A DNA stretch of 64,000 bases from a virus. The number at the start of each line of letters is the position of its first letter. The stretch's first letter is position 1. The stretch lies in IMG/VR virus record IMGVR_UViG_3300028840_007609; one strand, written 5' to 3'. Made by a program: the position numbers and the translations under genes. Under the pieces are notes generated by a model that searched no databases, was not told where the DNA came from, and saw only the letters and a list, made by a program, of their open reading frames with translations. Below are positions 44,254 through 53,648 of the stretch, one piece after another.

Positions 44254-46858
44254 ATCAGATCAGGCAAAAAGAGAGCTTGAAAAACTATATAAAATGTTTG
44301 ACAGGCTCGCAGTATCTGTTGATAAAGCTCAGCGAAAAATGGAGCGCGTTGTACTGGCACGGCCTGAAGAAGCTTTAAGAGCCGTCGACAACAAAACGCG
44401 TGCCATGAAAAAAGCTTATCAGGATTTGAAAAGAATAGATACACAGGCTCGCACACGATCTGGCTTGTCGGCCGCTCAAGATAAAACAGAGCTCGCTGGG
44501 CTTAGAGAAGGTTCGTTGTCTTCAAGGATGGGTAAAGTTTCTGCAGCCATGGAAGAAGAAGCATATGGCACTGAAAGATATAAAATGCTTTCTGGTGAGC
44601 TAAAAAATCTCAATAAAGAATTTGATAAAACCCATTCAAAAGTCGGCAAAGCCAGGCAGGCTTTTCTACGGGCAGGACGAGCAATTGGAAACTTCACAAT
44701 TTTCGTTGCTGCGGCATTGTTCGTAATTACCGGGTTTGTATCAATCATGAAACTTACTAAGGATTTGCTTGTCGATTTCTTTAAGGCCGGATCTGACGTT
44801 ACAAAGGCTTTAAACGAAATAGCTGTATCTTTCAACATGACATCAAAACAGGCAGAAAAATTTGCTGAAATATCAGAAAAATCACGCGAGTCAACCGGTT
44901 CATCGCAACAAGATGTAAATAAAGCATTCGAAGAATTGATGAACAGGGGCCTTTCTGCAAATGAAGCTTTAAAAAAACTGGACCACACTCTCAAGCTCGC
45001 ACGCCACAGCAAAATAGATGTCGCAATGGCCGCTAAAATAGCAACCACAAGCATGAAAGACCTTAACGACCAGTTCTCAAAAATGGAAAAATACACAGAC
45101 CCCTCTGCATTAGCATCATGGAACAGGTTTGTTGAAACATTCAAAACGTTTTCAAAAGAATTTTACAAACAGACAGAACCGGAAATAATTAAAGTTCTTG
45201 AAAATTTGACCGATTTTATAAAAAGAAACGGACAAACTGTAATTAGCTTTTTTAAAGACTATGTAAGCGGCATAAACCAGATGTTTTTGTTGTGGGAAAA
45301 TTTCAAAAAAAACCAATTTGGATGGGACGATAAGAAAGGTGCTCCAAAATTAGAAAACGAAATAAACAACACATCTAAAAATACTATTGGAGCCGGGTCC
45401 TCTGACCAATCACTAAATAGCTTAAAGCTGCAGATAGGATACGATGAAAGAATAAAAATCTACAAAGACCTTTATAAGCAACTTGGCTACATTAATAAAG
45501 GCTGGAGAGCAGATGAAGACAAAGAGTTAACGGTTTTTTATTCAAAGGTAAGACGACTTGAAGGAGATGACATAGCCACAAAGATTAAAAATCATAAAGA
45601 ATATGTCAGGCTCTGGCAGGACCGCGAAAAACAGATGACTGACTATAAACAAATGTTCAAACTCACCGGCCGTATGCCAAAACAGTATATGGAATGGTCC
45701 CTGGAGCAACGCATGGGTAAAATTGGATTGATGACAAAACCCACAGATCCTGATGCCCTGAAAGACTGGGAAGATTATATTGCCAGGGCAAAAAGAATTA
45801 CTGCAAGAGGCGTAATAACCGAAAGCTTCGCAAAAGACCTTGAAGGCCAGAAAGAATTTTTTGAAAAATCAGGCGTGGCCACGGAAAAATATATAGAAAT
45901 TCAAACCGGTGAATTTCGCAGAATGGCTGACAATGCCGTTGACATATGGGGATTCACTGAAAAAGAAGCAGAGTCATATTACCAGCGCTTAATGCAGACT
46001 TTCCGGGACGAACTGGCAGAACCTCAGATTAAATTATACGAAGAGCTATACGATACTACCGGCCGCATGGACAGTAGTTTATATGACTTGAAAAAACAAA
46101 GCCTTGACAGATATTACGATTATTATGTCAAGGTGACTGGAAACATTACAGCTGCCGAGGAAATACTCAACAGGCGCAGAGAAGAGTTCGAAATTAAAAA
46201 ACTTGAAGACTCCAGCTCAGCTCTCGACGGAGTAAGCGCAGCTTATTTAAAGCTAACCCATAAATCTGAAACCATGGCGCATAAGATGTCAAGCGTCTGG
46301 GAAGCAGCTGCTAAAGACATGAACCAAACCATGAAGACATATTTTTTCGACTTTATGGAAAACAGGTTCAACAGCCTGGGCGATGTGGCTGCAAGCGTAT
46401 TAAGGACCATCCAGCGCGGCATAAACGAAATGCTGTATCAGTACATGATGTTCGGGTCCAGCGGCAAGGGCGGAATGGCAAGTTTTCTCGGAAAACTCGG
46501 CGTGGCCGCAGTCTCAGCATACTCTGGAGCTACTTATTACGGCGATCAAGCTGCAGCTGGGGCAATTGCTGAATGGGGAAGCACAAACTTTCAACACGGC
46601 GGATCAATTTATGAACACATTATTGGCCGTGGGTTAAAGTCCGGCCGGTATTACCAGTTCGGCGAAGCCGGCCCTGAAGACATCGTCCCCAAAGGAATCG
46701 GCGCCAGCGGAGATGTGCACATCACAATTCAGGCAATTGATTCTAAAAGTTTCCAGGAAGTCTGTCAAAGAAATGCACATGCTGTCCTGGTATCAACCCA
46801 GAAAGCACTTGAAAAAAATCCAGCGGCACGCAAGCCTATTAAAAGGCTGCTAAAATAA
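44228..46858 (+). CDS. tape measure protein
   Basis: 876 aa, helical; internal hydrophobic segment; position after the G/GT pair. Confidence 0.85.
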   Translation: MGDIDLNLKSDQAKRELEKLYKMFDRLAVSVDKAQRKMERVVLARPEEALRAVDNKTRAMKKAYQDLKRIDTQARTRSGLSAAQDKTELAGLREGSLSSRMGKVSAAMEEEAYGTERYKMLSGELKNLNKEFDKTHSKVGKARQAFLRAGRAIGNFTIFVAAALFVITGFVSIMKLTKDLLVDFFKAGSDVTKALNEIAVSFNMTSKQAEKFAEISEKSRESTGSSQQDVNKAFEELMNRGLSANEALKKLDHTLKLARHSKIDVAMAAKIATTSMKDLNDQFSKMEKYTDPSALASWNRFVETFKTFSKEFYKQTEPEIIKVLENLTDFIKRNGQTVISFFKDYVSGINQMFLLWENFKKNQFGWDDKKGAPKLENEINNTSKNTIGAGSSDQSLNSLKLQIGYDERIKIYKDLYKQLGYINKGWRADEDKELTVFYSKVRRLEGDDIATKIKNHKEYVRLWQDREKQMTDYKQMFKLTGRMPKQYMEWSLEQRMGKIGLMTKPTDPDALKDWEDYIARAKRITARGVITESFAKDLEGQKEFFEKSGVATEKYIEIQTGEFRRMADNAVDIWGFTEKEAESYYQRLMQTFRDELAEPQIKLYEELYDTTGRMDSSLYDLKKQSLDRYYDYYVKVTGNITAAEEILNRRREEFEIKKLEDSSSALDGVSAAYLKLTHKSETMAHKMSSVWEAAAKDMNQTMKTYFFDFMENRFNSLGDVAASVLRTIQRGINEMLYQYMMFGSSGKGGMASFLGKLGVAAVSAYSGATYYGDQAAAGAIAEWGSTNFQHGGSIYEHIIGRGLKSGRYYQFGEAGPEDIVPKGIGASGDVHITIQAIDSKSFQEVCQRNAHAVLVSTQKALEKNPAARKPIKRLLK

Positions 46859-46888
46859 AGACTGCTAAAATAAAGACTGCTAAAATAA
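46847..46888 (+). repeat. 2.8 x 15-bp tandem repeat CTGCTAAAATAAAGA
   Basis: Read directly from the sequence. It places three in-frame TAA codons at the tape-measure gene's 3' end. Confidence 0.9.
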
Positions 46889-46898
46889 GGTAAAAACA

Positions 46899-47489
46899 AT
46901 GGCAACATTTCCGGAAGACCCAATCCCGATTTATCCGCTGATAGTGTCGCCCAGGTTCTCGACTCTTATAAAAACTTCTGACAGCGGCAAAGAGCAGCGC
47001 AACTATAAATCCACGTACGCCAAGTACGATGTTCTGGTACAATACAGCGAACTTGACTACAGCGATGTGCAGACACTGTGGGACTTTTACATTGCACGCA
47101 AAGGCGCGTATGAAGCGTTTTATATTTATGATTTGTCGCTGTTGGCCGGAACGTATTTCAACCATTCAGGACTATACGTAGGTACCGGAGACGGTGCTGA
47201 AGATGTCTGGGACATTCCCGGGAGAAGCACATCATCACAGACGGTCTACCTTGACGGGATATCAAAATCGAGTCCTTCTGACTATTCGATATTGACCGGT
47301 GGGGGAACAGCAGGCTCTGACCGAATTGATTTTGTTGCTGCACCCTCTGAAGGTGAAATTATAACCGTTGATTTTACAGGGTTTTTAAGAATCAGGGCCA
47401 GGTTCACAAAAGACAGCATGTCCCGGGAATTGTTTGAGTATAATTTATACAAAATAGGACTTGAACTTACAGGACTCGCGGCGCCGTAA
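46899..47489 (+). CDS. distal tail protein (DUF2460/GTA-type)
   Basis: FP.DP...Y...SPRFST....SG.EQR N-terminal pattern; lies immediately after the tape measure. Confidence 0.6.
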   Translation: MATFPEDPIPIYPLIVSPRFSTLIKTSDSGKEQRNYKSTYAKYDVLVQYSELDYSDVQTLWDFYIARKGAYEAFYIYDLSLLAGTYFNHSGLYVGTGDGAEDVWDIPGRSTSSQTVYLDGISKSSPSDYSILTGGGTAGSDRIDFVAAPSEGEIITVDFTGFLRIRARFTKDSMSRELFEYNLYKIGLELTGLAAP

Positions 47490-47495
47490 TAAAAC

Positions 47496-48125
47496 ATGAA
47501 AACATTCGATCCAAACATAGTGCTTGAGCTGGCTAAAGAAGGGTTCAGTTTTTTTCTTTATACAGAACTCAGCTTCTCGTCAACATATCGATACCAAAAT
47601 TCTGACATAGACATTTATTATGACAGCAACTTGTATACACCAATCGACTTTACGATAGGTGGAATTGAAACTTCAGGCGACCTTGGAGTTGATTCCATTG
47701 AAATAGAGTTTAACGATGTCGAAGGAGTGTTAAAGGCAATTGTACTAAACGAAGATATCCGTGGAAAAAGCATAGAGGTCGGATTCTTTTGCTTAAACGC
47801 ATCTGCTGTTGTGATAGAGCTTCAAAGCATGTTTCTCGGAATAGTAAACGACTGGGAGTTAAAAGAAGGAACATGTAAAATTGAAATTCAGAACGAACTT
47901 GTTTTGTGGCGCAAAGAAACCCTGCGCCAGCAATCATCCTCATGCCAATGGGTCTTTAAAGGAACTGAGTGTACATATTCCGGAAATGAGACATGGTGCG
48001 ACCAGTCATACGAACGCTGTGAAGCTCTTGGAAATGAAGACAATTACGGCGGGTTCAGATGGCTACCAAGCATAATGGATGTTGATATCTGGTGGGGCAG
48101 AGTACCTGACAGGAGTAGCGAATAA
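47496..48125 (+). CDS. tail tip protein (gpL-like; DUF2163 plus BR0599-type Cys motif)
   Basis: The C-terminal motif CQWVFKGTECTYSG...WCDQSYERC...NYGGFRWLP matches the BR0599 / gpL-type pattern. Confidence 0.7.
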   Translation: MKTFDPNIVLELAKEGFSFFLYTELSFSSTYRYQNSDIDIYYDSNLYTPIDFTIGGIETSGDLGVDSIEIEFNDVEGVLKAIVLNEDIRGKSIEVGFFCLNASAVVIELQSMFLGIVNDWELKEGTCKIEIQNELVLWRKETLRQQSSSCQWVFKGTECTYSGNETWCDQSYERCEALGNEDNYGGFRWLPSIMDVDIWWGRVPDRSSE

Positions 48126-51100
48126 TGGAACTTGGGACATTCTTGGTATATTTTATAATATCGTTTTTGTTAGGCACAGCCATTTCTCAACTTACAGCTG
48201 AGGATTTTGATTTTGAAGAAGACACCAAAGGATCAGGCGTCCGTGCAAATACAAGAACAACAAAAGCGACTCTTCGACTATGCTATGGAATTTCAACCGT
48301 TGGGATTAACCAGGTATATATCGGGACATCCGGAACAGACAATAAATATTTACACATAATCGGTACAATCTCTGAAGGGCCAATTAATGGGTTCCATCAA
48401 GTAGATGGAGTGGACCAACTGTTTCTGGACAATACTATCTGGACCGAATTCGGATCTGATTATGTATACTATGAATTGTTTACCGGGACTTCTAACCAAA
48501 ATGTCTGTTCAACATTGAAAGACGCGATTCCAGAGTGGACTGACTGCCTGCGATATACAGCCTATATCTACGTACGGTTAAAATACAATAAAGATATTTT
48601 TGTCAAAAAGCCTGACATTACATTAACAGTTGAAGGCCTCAAATTATATGATCCAATCCTCGATACAACGGCTTACAGCAATGACGCGACGCTGGCTTCA
48701 TATGATATTATTACCAGGTCAAGCACACGCGGTGGTATCGGGATAGGCAGCAGCAGAATCGATTCGGCTGCATTCTCGTCAGCTAAAACATATACAGTCG
48801 CAAAAGGCTGGACTGCGAACATGGCGATTTCAGACCAGCAACCCGTAGTAGACAACCTGCAGCTAATTCTAAACTGTTTTAGGGGAAATGTCGTTTATTC
48901 TGAAAATATGTTCAAAATTAAATATAAAGATCTAAACTACGAATCTGAAACCGGCATAAGCTTTGACGAAGATGATATTATAATGTCTGGTGACAACGAA
49001 TCAAGCCTATCGTTAAAACCATTGTCGCCATTATTTGACACTCCTAATGCAATCAAAATTACATATTTCAATGAAGACAAGCAGTACCTTGAAGATGAAT
49101 ATATTTATCCTGATAAGGCAGCAATGGATGCAGACGGGGATTACCGCGAACGAAGTATAAAACTGCCTGGACTCTCAAACATAAACCAGATTCAACAAAT
49201 GGGGTATTATTATCTCGAACGATGGCGCTGGGGAAATGTAGGGGCATTTCAAACATTTTCAAAAGGACTTTCCCTTGAACCGCATGATCTTATAAGAGTA
49301 ACACACAGCACTTTCGGATGGAGCAACCAGATCTGCAGGGTAACAAAGCCGAGCATGGGGCCAAACGGAGAAGTTCAAATATCGGCAGTTGAAGAAAAAG
49401 CAGAATTATACGACGACAATTACAATCCTGCTCCAGCAAATCAATGGCATGCATCAACATTGCCGTCTCCGCTTGATACTGTAGCATCGGTCGAAAATGT
49501 AAGCCAAAGAGAAGAAGTGTATTATTACCGTGAACGCAGCAGAACACGCTGGGCTATAGACTTCGATCCTCCGGCCACCTCTACTTATCCGTTCTGGGAT
49601 TACGCTGCAATTTATCTCATGATAATCGACATGGACAACATTGCAAATGATGAATCAGGGAATGCGTGCCATGGAGAACGTGAAGGCGCATCATTGCCTG
49701 CCCTCTCTGAAGGTATATGGGGAAAATGTCTCAGTTATAATGGTGTTGACCAAAGGGTGGATTTTGGAGATAATCAAAGCGATGAGCTGGCAAACCTCGG
49801 CGAAACAGATTTTGCGATATCACTGTTTTTCAAATCTGGAGACGAGATAAAAAATAACGGCAGAATATTATCAAAACATGAATCTCTTGATGCTGATTTT
49901 TTTATTAGATCAAACGGCACAAATGATATTCTCGAAGTCGGCATTGGGGCAGCCGGACATTCCGTCCTCAGCAAACCGTTTACAACTGTTGAAACATGCT
50001 TTGATGAAGAGTTCCATCATCTGGTATTAAATGTTGATGTCGGAAACCAGATATCTGCATATCTTGACAATACATCAATCGGAACGCTTGACATTTCTTC
50101 CTTGCCGGCAACACCCATAAATCCAGGACGATTCTGTATCGGTGCCCGGGAAAACGGATTTGATGCATACAAAGGCAACATAGACGAGGTTCGCATTTAC
50201 AGCAATCTGCTCACAGCTGCACAGATCAACGATCTTTATAATTTACGGGACATATCACGGACAAACTTAATCGCATATTGGCCATTTGGACACTGGGTAT
50301 ATAAAACAAAATCAGAGGACGGCTATCTTGTAGATCCGGTTGAAGAAAATGTAAGATATTTCTGCAAAATGCAATCTGCTTCCGTGTTTGGGAAAAAAGA
50401 AGATTTTAATTCAGCGTATACAATCGACAGGACCATTCAGGGAAAAACAGACTCGCCTTCCGACGTGACGTATTTATATGCCACCGTAACTGAAGATAAT
50501 GTAAACATTAAAGGATCAGCAATATTAGACCCAGACATAGTTGGCTATGAGTTCAGAATTTCAGACACTGGAGTTTCAGACTGGGATGCAGCCATATACC
50601 TTGGATTCAACGTCAAGCCCATATACTCAATTGGAGGTATGAGGGCAGGGAGCTTTAAAATATTCTGCTGTGCTAAAAGCAATAATGGTCTGTATTCAGA
50701 AACGCCAATTACAACAACATTTACGGTCGCTGTGCCCCCGGGATACTCTCTTGATACGTCATACGACGTTGACTACAACAACGGGTCGCATAACAATACT
50801 CAATACTTCGATAAAGGCGGCGGTGATTATGCCGTCAGGGTAAACCATGCATCCGCCCTTGAAGGCACATTCACTACGCCTGAAATAGACCTGGGGTCAT
50901 CAAAAACAGTGCGTGTGCAAGGCGACTTTATAATGAGTGTTATAGACGCGTCTTCAACAATAGGAGCTTTGTGGCCAAGCGCGACAGACATTGATGGAGA
51001 TAATATAGTTTTTTCAAACGGCGGAACGACAGTGTCATGCGATGTAGGGACGGGAAATTTCTTGACTGATTTGTCCGAAGGCGACAAAATAAGAACAACG

Positions 51101-51499
51101 TCCGGATGGATTGGCGATTGGGTTGAAATTCACAGCATAATTGACGATGACAACCTGGTGCTGACTGAGCCGTTCGAAAGCTATGACGGCAATAATATTA
51201 CCGGCAGCGGTGAAAAACGCATTGCAAGTCCCCCGGCGTTGAACATTCATGATTTGTCTCAAACTTTCGCAGAATTGTTTAACATAACAGTAGCATCAAT
51301 GATCACTGCAAAGATTAAATGGGGCACATCGTCCGGGGTTTATACAAACGAGGCCGAGCTGTTTGAGCTGCTGGCAGTAACTGCAACTGGAAGATATTTT
51401 CAAATTGAAGTAACCATAACAGACCCTAATTCGGATCAATATTTAATGATTGATGGAAGCGGCGGGAACACCGTGTTGACGGTCGATTTTTATACATAG
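48125..51499 (+). CDS. host-specificity/central tail fibre protein (gpJ-like) with LamG insertion
   Basis: 1124 aa. VEGLKLYDP pattern. LamG-type signature IDEVRIYSNLLTAAQINDLYN. Ends in TAG. Confidence 0.75.
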   Translation: MELGTFLVYFIISFLLGTAISQLTAEDFDFEEDTKGSGVRANTRTTKATLRLCYGISTVGINQVYIGTSGTDNKYLHIIGTISEGPINGFHQVDGVDQLFLDNTIWTEFGSDYVYYELFTGTSNQNVCSTLKDAIPEWTDCLRYTAYIYVRLKYNKDIFVKKPDITLTVEGLKLYDPILDTTAYSNDATLASYDIITRSSTRGGIGIGSSRIDSAAFSSAKTYTVAKGWTANMAISDQQPVVDNLQLILNCFRGNVVYSENMFKIKYKDLNYESETGISFDEDDIIMSGDNESSLSLKPLSPLFDTPNAIKITYFNEDKQYLEDEYIYPDKAAMDADGDYRERSIKLPGLSNINQIQQMGYYYLERWRWGNVGAFQTFSKGLSLEPHDLIRVTHSTFGWSNQICRVTKPSMGPNGEVQISAVEEKAELYDDNYNPAPANQWHASTLPSPLDTVASVENVSQREEVYYYRERSRTRWAIDFDPPATSTYPFWDYAAIYLMIIDMDNIANDESGNACHGEREGASLPALSEGIWGKCLSYNGVDQRVDFGDNQSDELANLGETDFAISLFFKSGDEIKNNGRILSKHESLDADFFIRSNGTNDILEVGIGAAGHSVLSKPFTTVETCFDEEFHHLVLNVDVGNQISAYLDNTSIGTLDISSLPATPINPGRFCIGARENGFDAYKGNIDEVRIYSNLLTAAQINDLYNLRDISRTNLIAYWPFGHWVYKTKSEDGYLVDPVEENVRYFCKMQSASVFGKKEDFNSAYTIDRTIQGKTDSPSDVTYLYATVTEDNVNIKGSAILDPDIVGYEFRISDTGVSDWDAAIYLGFNVKPIYSIGGMRAGSFKIFCCAKSNNGLYSETPITTTFTVAVPPGYSLDTSYDVDYNNGSHNNTQYFDKGGGDYAVRVNHASALEGTFTTPEIDLGSSKTVRVQGDFIMSVIDASSTIGALWPSATDIDGDNIVFSNGGTTVSCDVGTGNFLTDLSEGDKIRTTSGWIGDWVEIHSIIDDDNLVLTEPFESYDGNNITGSGEKRIASPPALNIHDLSQTFAELFNITVASMITAKIKWGTSSGVYTNEAELFELLAVTATGRYFQIEVTITDPNSDQYLMIDGSGGNTVLTVDFYT

Positions 51500-51507
51500 G
51501 TGAAACA

Positions 51508-51831
51508 ATGGGCATTAATGTTACATGTGATTATTGCGGGCGAACAATAAACTATTACAGCACCACAGGAAAGCTCGACTCTGAAGGAACTGTTGATATT
51601 GTTCAAAAGACATGCAGCAACTGTACAAAAGACACGGTAAAAACACGATGGCCGTCCGAATTAATTACAATAAAATCAGATTGGGAAACAGAAGCCAATG
51701 AAAGAAAAAACTTTTTTAAGCAACAGCTGCGTAAAGAAAAAGAGCTGTTTTACATAAACAAGGCAAAAGCTTTCTTTGGATCGTTTTACACTGCCGAGAT
51801 AGAGCAAGAAATAAAAGATATGCTAAAATAA
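51508..51831 (+). CDS. zinc-ribbon protein (107 aa)
   Basis: CDYC...CSNC motifs. Confidence 0.6.
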   Translation: MGINVTCDYCGRTINYYSTTGKLDSEGTVDIVQKTCSNCTKDTVKTRWPSELITIKSDWETEANERKNFFKQQLRKEKELFYINKAKAFFGSFYTAEIEQEIKDMLK

Positions 51832-51846
51832 CCAAGGAGTAAAAAA

Positions 51847-53052
51847 ATGTCTCAAAACTGGACTGACGATTTATATTCGCTGTCTACTGTCGCGGATACC
51901 TGTTTTTCTGCAATGGAAAACAATTTTGCTGCTTTAAAAACATGTTTCTCGGGAAGCTCGGCACCATCAAATCCTCTTGCCGGCATGCTCTGGTTTGATA
52001 CTAACAGCAATATACTGAAACTCAGAAATGAAGCAAACACAACCTGGCTAAGCGTCTTTGATTTTGGTAATGTAATGGCCATACTTGACGGGACTAACGA
52101 TATTTCTGATTTTAGCATTACTGCAGGAAGCGGGCTGTCCGGCGGCGGTGCTTTAAATACAAGTCCGACTGTTTCCCATGCAGCTCATACAGGAGATGTC
52201 ACAGGAGCAACGGCATTAACAATCGGTGCTGCAAAAGTAACACAGTCAATGCTAAAAACAACGACCGGCTCGAACAATCAGACCAGCGGTGGAACGAGCA
52301 TTGTTGCTGTTACGGGTGGAACCTACTGTTTTCAAACTAATTGCTATGCGACTTCAACAGGATCGCCTTATCAGTGCGGCATTTTTGTTGGAAGAGCGCA
52401 AGTTTCAGGAGGGTCTTGGCAACCAAAAGATGAATCGACCAACAGCTCTTTAAGCAATTTTGTAACTTTATATAACGAACATGGTACATATGTAAGTATA
52501 TACTCAACGACCAGATATGTAACATCTTCCGGCGAGCTGCACTGGATTTTTGCACTATTCAGAAACGGTGAACTTTTTGCCATTACCGAAGCGCCCGACC
52601 ACCCCTGTTTCGGAGATCGAGGACGTGTGCATCCTTTCGAAAGTTACGACCCGGCAACAGACGAAATTGTTGTCATTAATCCAACAATGGACGATGTTGA
52701 AAGAATTAACGCCAGGATGATTCCGTCTGAAGACGGCGGTTATATGACCAGGGCAAAATCGTTGCTTGGAACAAAGGAAGATCACACAAGACGCGAACGA
52801 GGATTCCTGGAAGTATTCAAAGAAACTTTTGAAATCCAGGAATCAAAACAGGCAGACTGGCCGGACACCGAAATAACGGTTGCGTTGCCAAAAATGCATG
52901 ACGGAAAAGTTGTTCATGATTGGCGCTTCATGCCTCAAATGGTTCAGGACAAAAAGTCAGGGTTAATGGTTCCGTTAAAGATAAACCCCATCAAAAGGGT
53001 AATAAAAAAACCTGATCATATAACTCCGCTGCAAATAAAGGAAAAAGTTTAA
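51847..53052 (+). CDS. tail fibre / receptor-binding protein candidate
   Basis: AAGGAG SD. The N-terminal pattern NNFAALK...APSNPLAGMLWFDTNSNILKLRN is typical of tail-fibre N-termini. Confidence 0.55.
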   Translation: MSQNWTDDLYSLSTVADTCFSAMENNFAALKTCFSGSSAPSNPLAGMLWFDTNSNILKLRNEANTTWLSVFDFGNVMAILDGTNDISDFSITAGSGLSGGGALNTSPTVSHAAHTGDVTGATALTIGAAKVTQSMLKTTTGSNNQTSGGTSIVAVTGGTYCFQTNCYATSTGSPYQCGIFVGRAQVSGGSWQPKDESTNSSLSNFVTLYNEHGTYVSIYSTTRYVTSSGELHWIFALFRNGELFAITEAPDHPCFGDRGRVHPFESYDPATDEIVVINPTMDDVERINARMIPSEDGGYMTRAKSLLGTKEDHTRRERGFLEVFKETFEIQESKQADWPDTEITVALPKMHDGKVVHDWRFMPQMVQDKKSGLMVPLKINPIKRVIKKPDHITPLQIKEKV

Positions 53053-53055
53053 AGC

Positions 53056-53421
53056 ATGGAATGGATTTCTCCAGAAATTTTCATAGCCATATTTGGTTCA
53101 GGTGGAATAATAGTTACCTTGCTTCAAATCTTCGGGGTTATTAAACTTCCAAAACGCAGAGTCTGGCCGGAACAAAAAAAGGTGGACAATATGGAACAGA
53201 GAACGCAATGCAAAGATGCATTTCAAGATATTTTTACCAGAATCAACAGCCTTGAAGATGGTAAAATGGAAAACAAAACACTTATCAAAGTACATAGCAA
53301 AGCATTGGAGATAGTAGCAGAGAAACTCGACAACATGATAGTAAGCAACGCCGAGATAAAAACTGCTGTACATTATCTTGCCAAGATGGAAAAGAAAAGA
53401 AACGGTGACGAAGACATATAA
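53056..53421 (+). CDS. membrane-anchored coiled-coil protein (121 aa)
   Basis: N-terminal TM segment; ORF track. Confidence 0.55.
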   Translation: MEWISPEIFIAIFGSGGIIVTLLQIFGVIKLPKRRVWPEQKKVDNMEQRTQCKDAFQDIFTRINSLEDGKMENKTLIKVHSKALEIVAEKLDNMIVSNAEIKTAVHYLAKMEKKRNGDEDI

Positions 53422-53437
53422 AATAAAATTTTAACAA

Positions 53438-53466
53438 TTGACACATACTATATATTGTAATAAAAA
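53438..53466 (+). promoter_or_regulatory. sigma70-like promoter candidate (TTGACA-17 nt-TAAAAA)
   Basis: Read directly from the sequence. Confidence 0.35.
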
Positions 53467-53502
53467 ATAATCGTCCCACTACCTGTGGGCAATCCTCCAT
53501 TT

Positions 53503-53536
53503 AAGGCACCTGGTGCGGCGCTGGGTGCCTTTTTTT
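53503..53536 (+). terminator. rho-independent terminator
   Basis: AAGGCACC / GGTGCCTT stem followed by T7. Confidence 0.75.
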
Positions 53537-53539
53537 ATC

Positions 53540-53569
53540 TTGACAAGCATATATTCTATCTGATAATAG
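53540..53569 (+). promoter_or_regulatory. sigma70-like promoter (TTGACA-16/17 nt-GATAAT) for the replication module
   Basis: Read directly from the sequence; lies immediately after the terminator. Confidence 0.55.
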
Positions 53570-53648
53570 TAGTTCTGCCAACACGCCGTAGTTATTAAAA
53601 AAATAATCAATTTACAACAAGCTCTCCCCTTATAAAAAAGGCACATTT

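Noticed and set aside
44476-45144. 222-aa minus-strand ORF inside the tape-measure gene (likewise 56559..57095, 43534..44012, 30400..30905 and other antisense ORFs)
   Set aside because: These lie inside long, well-supported + strand genes, have low-complexity products and lack initiation signals.
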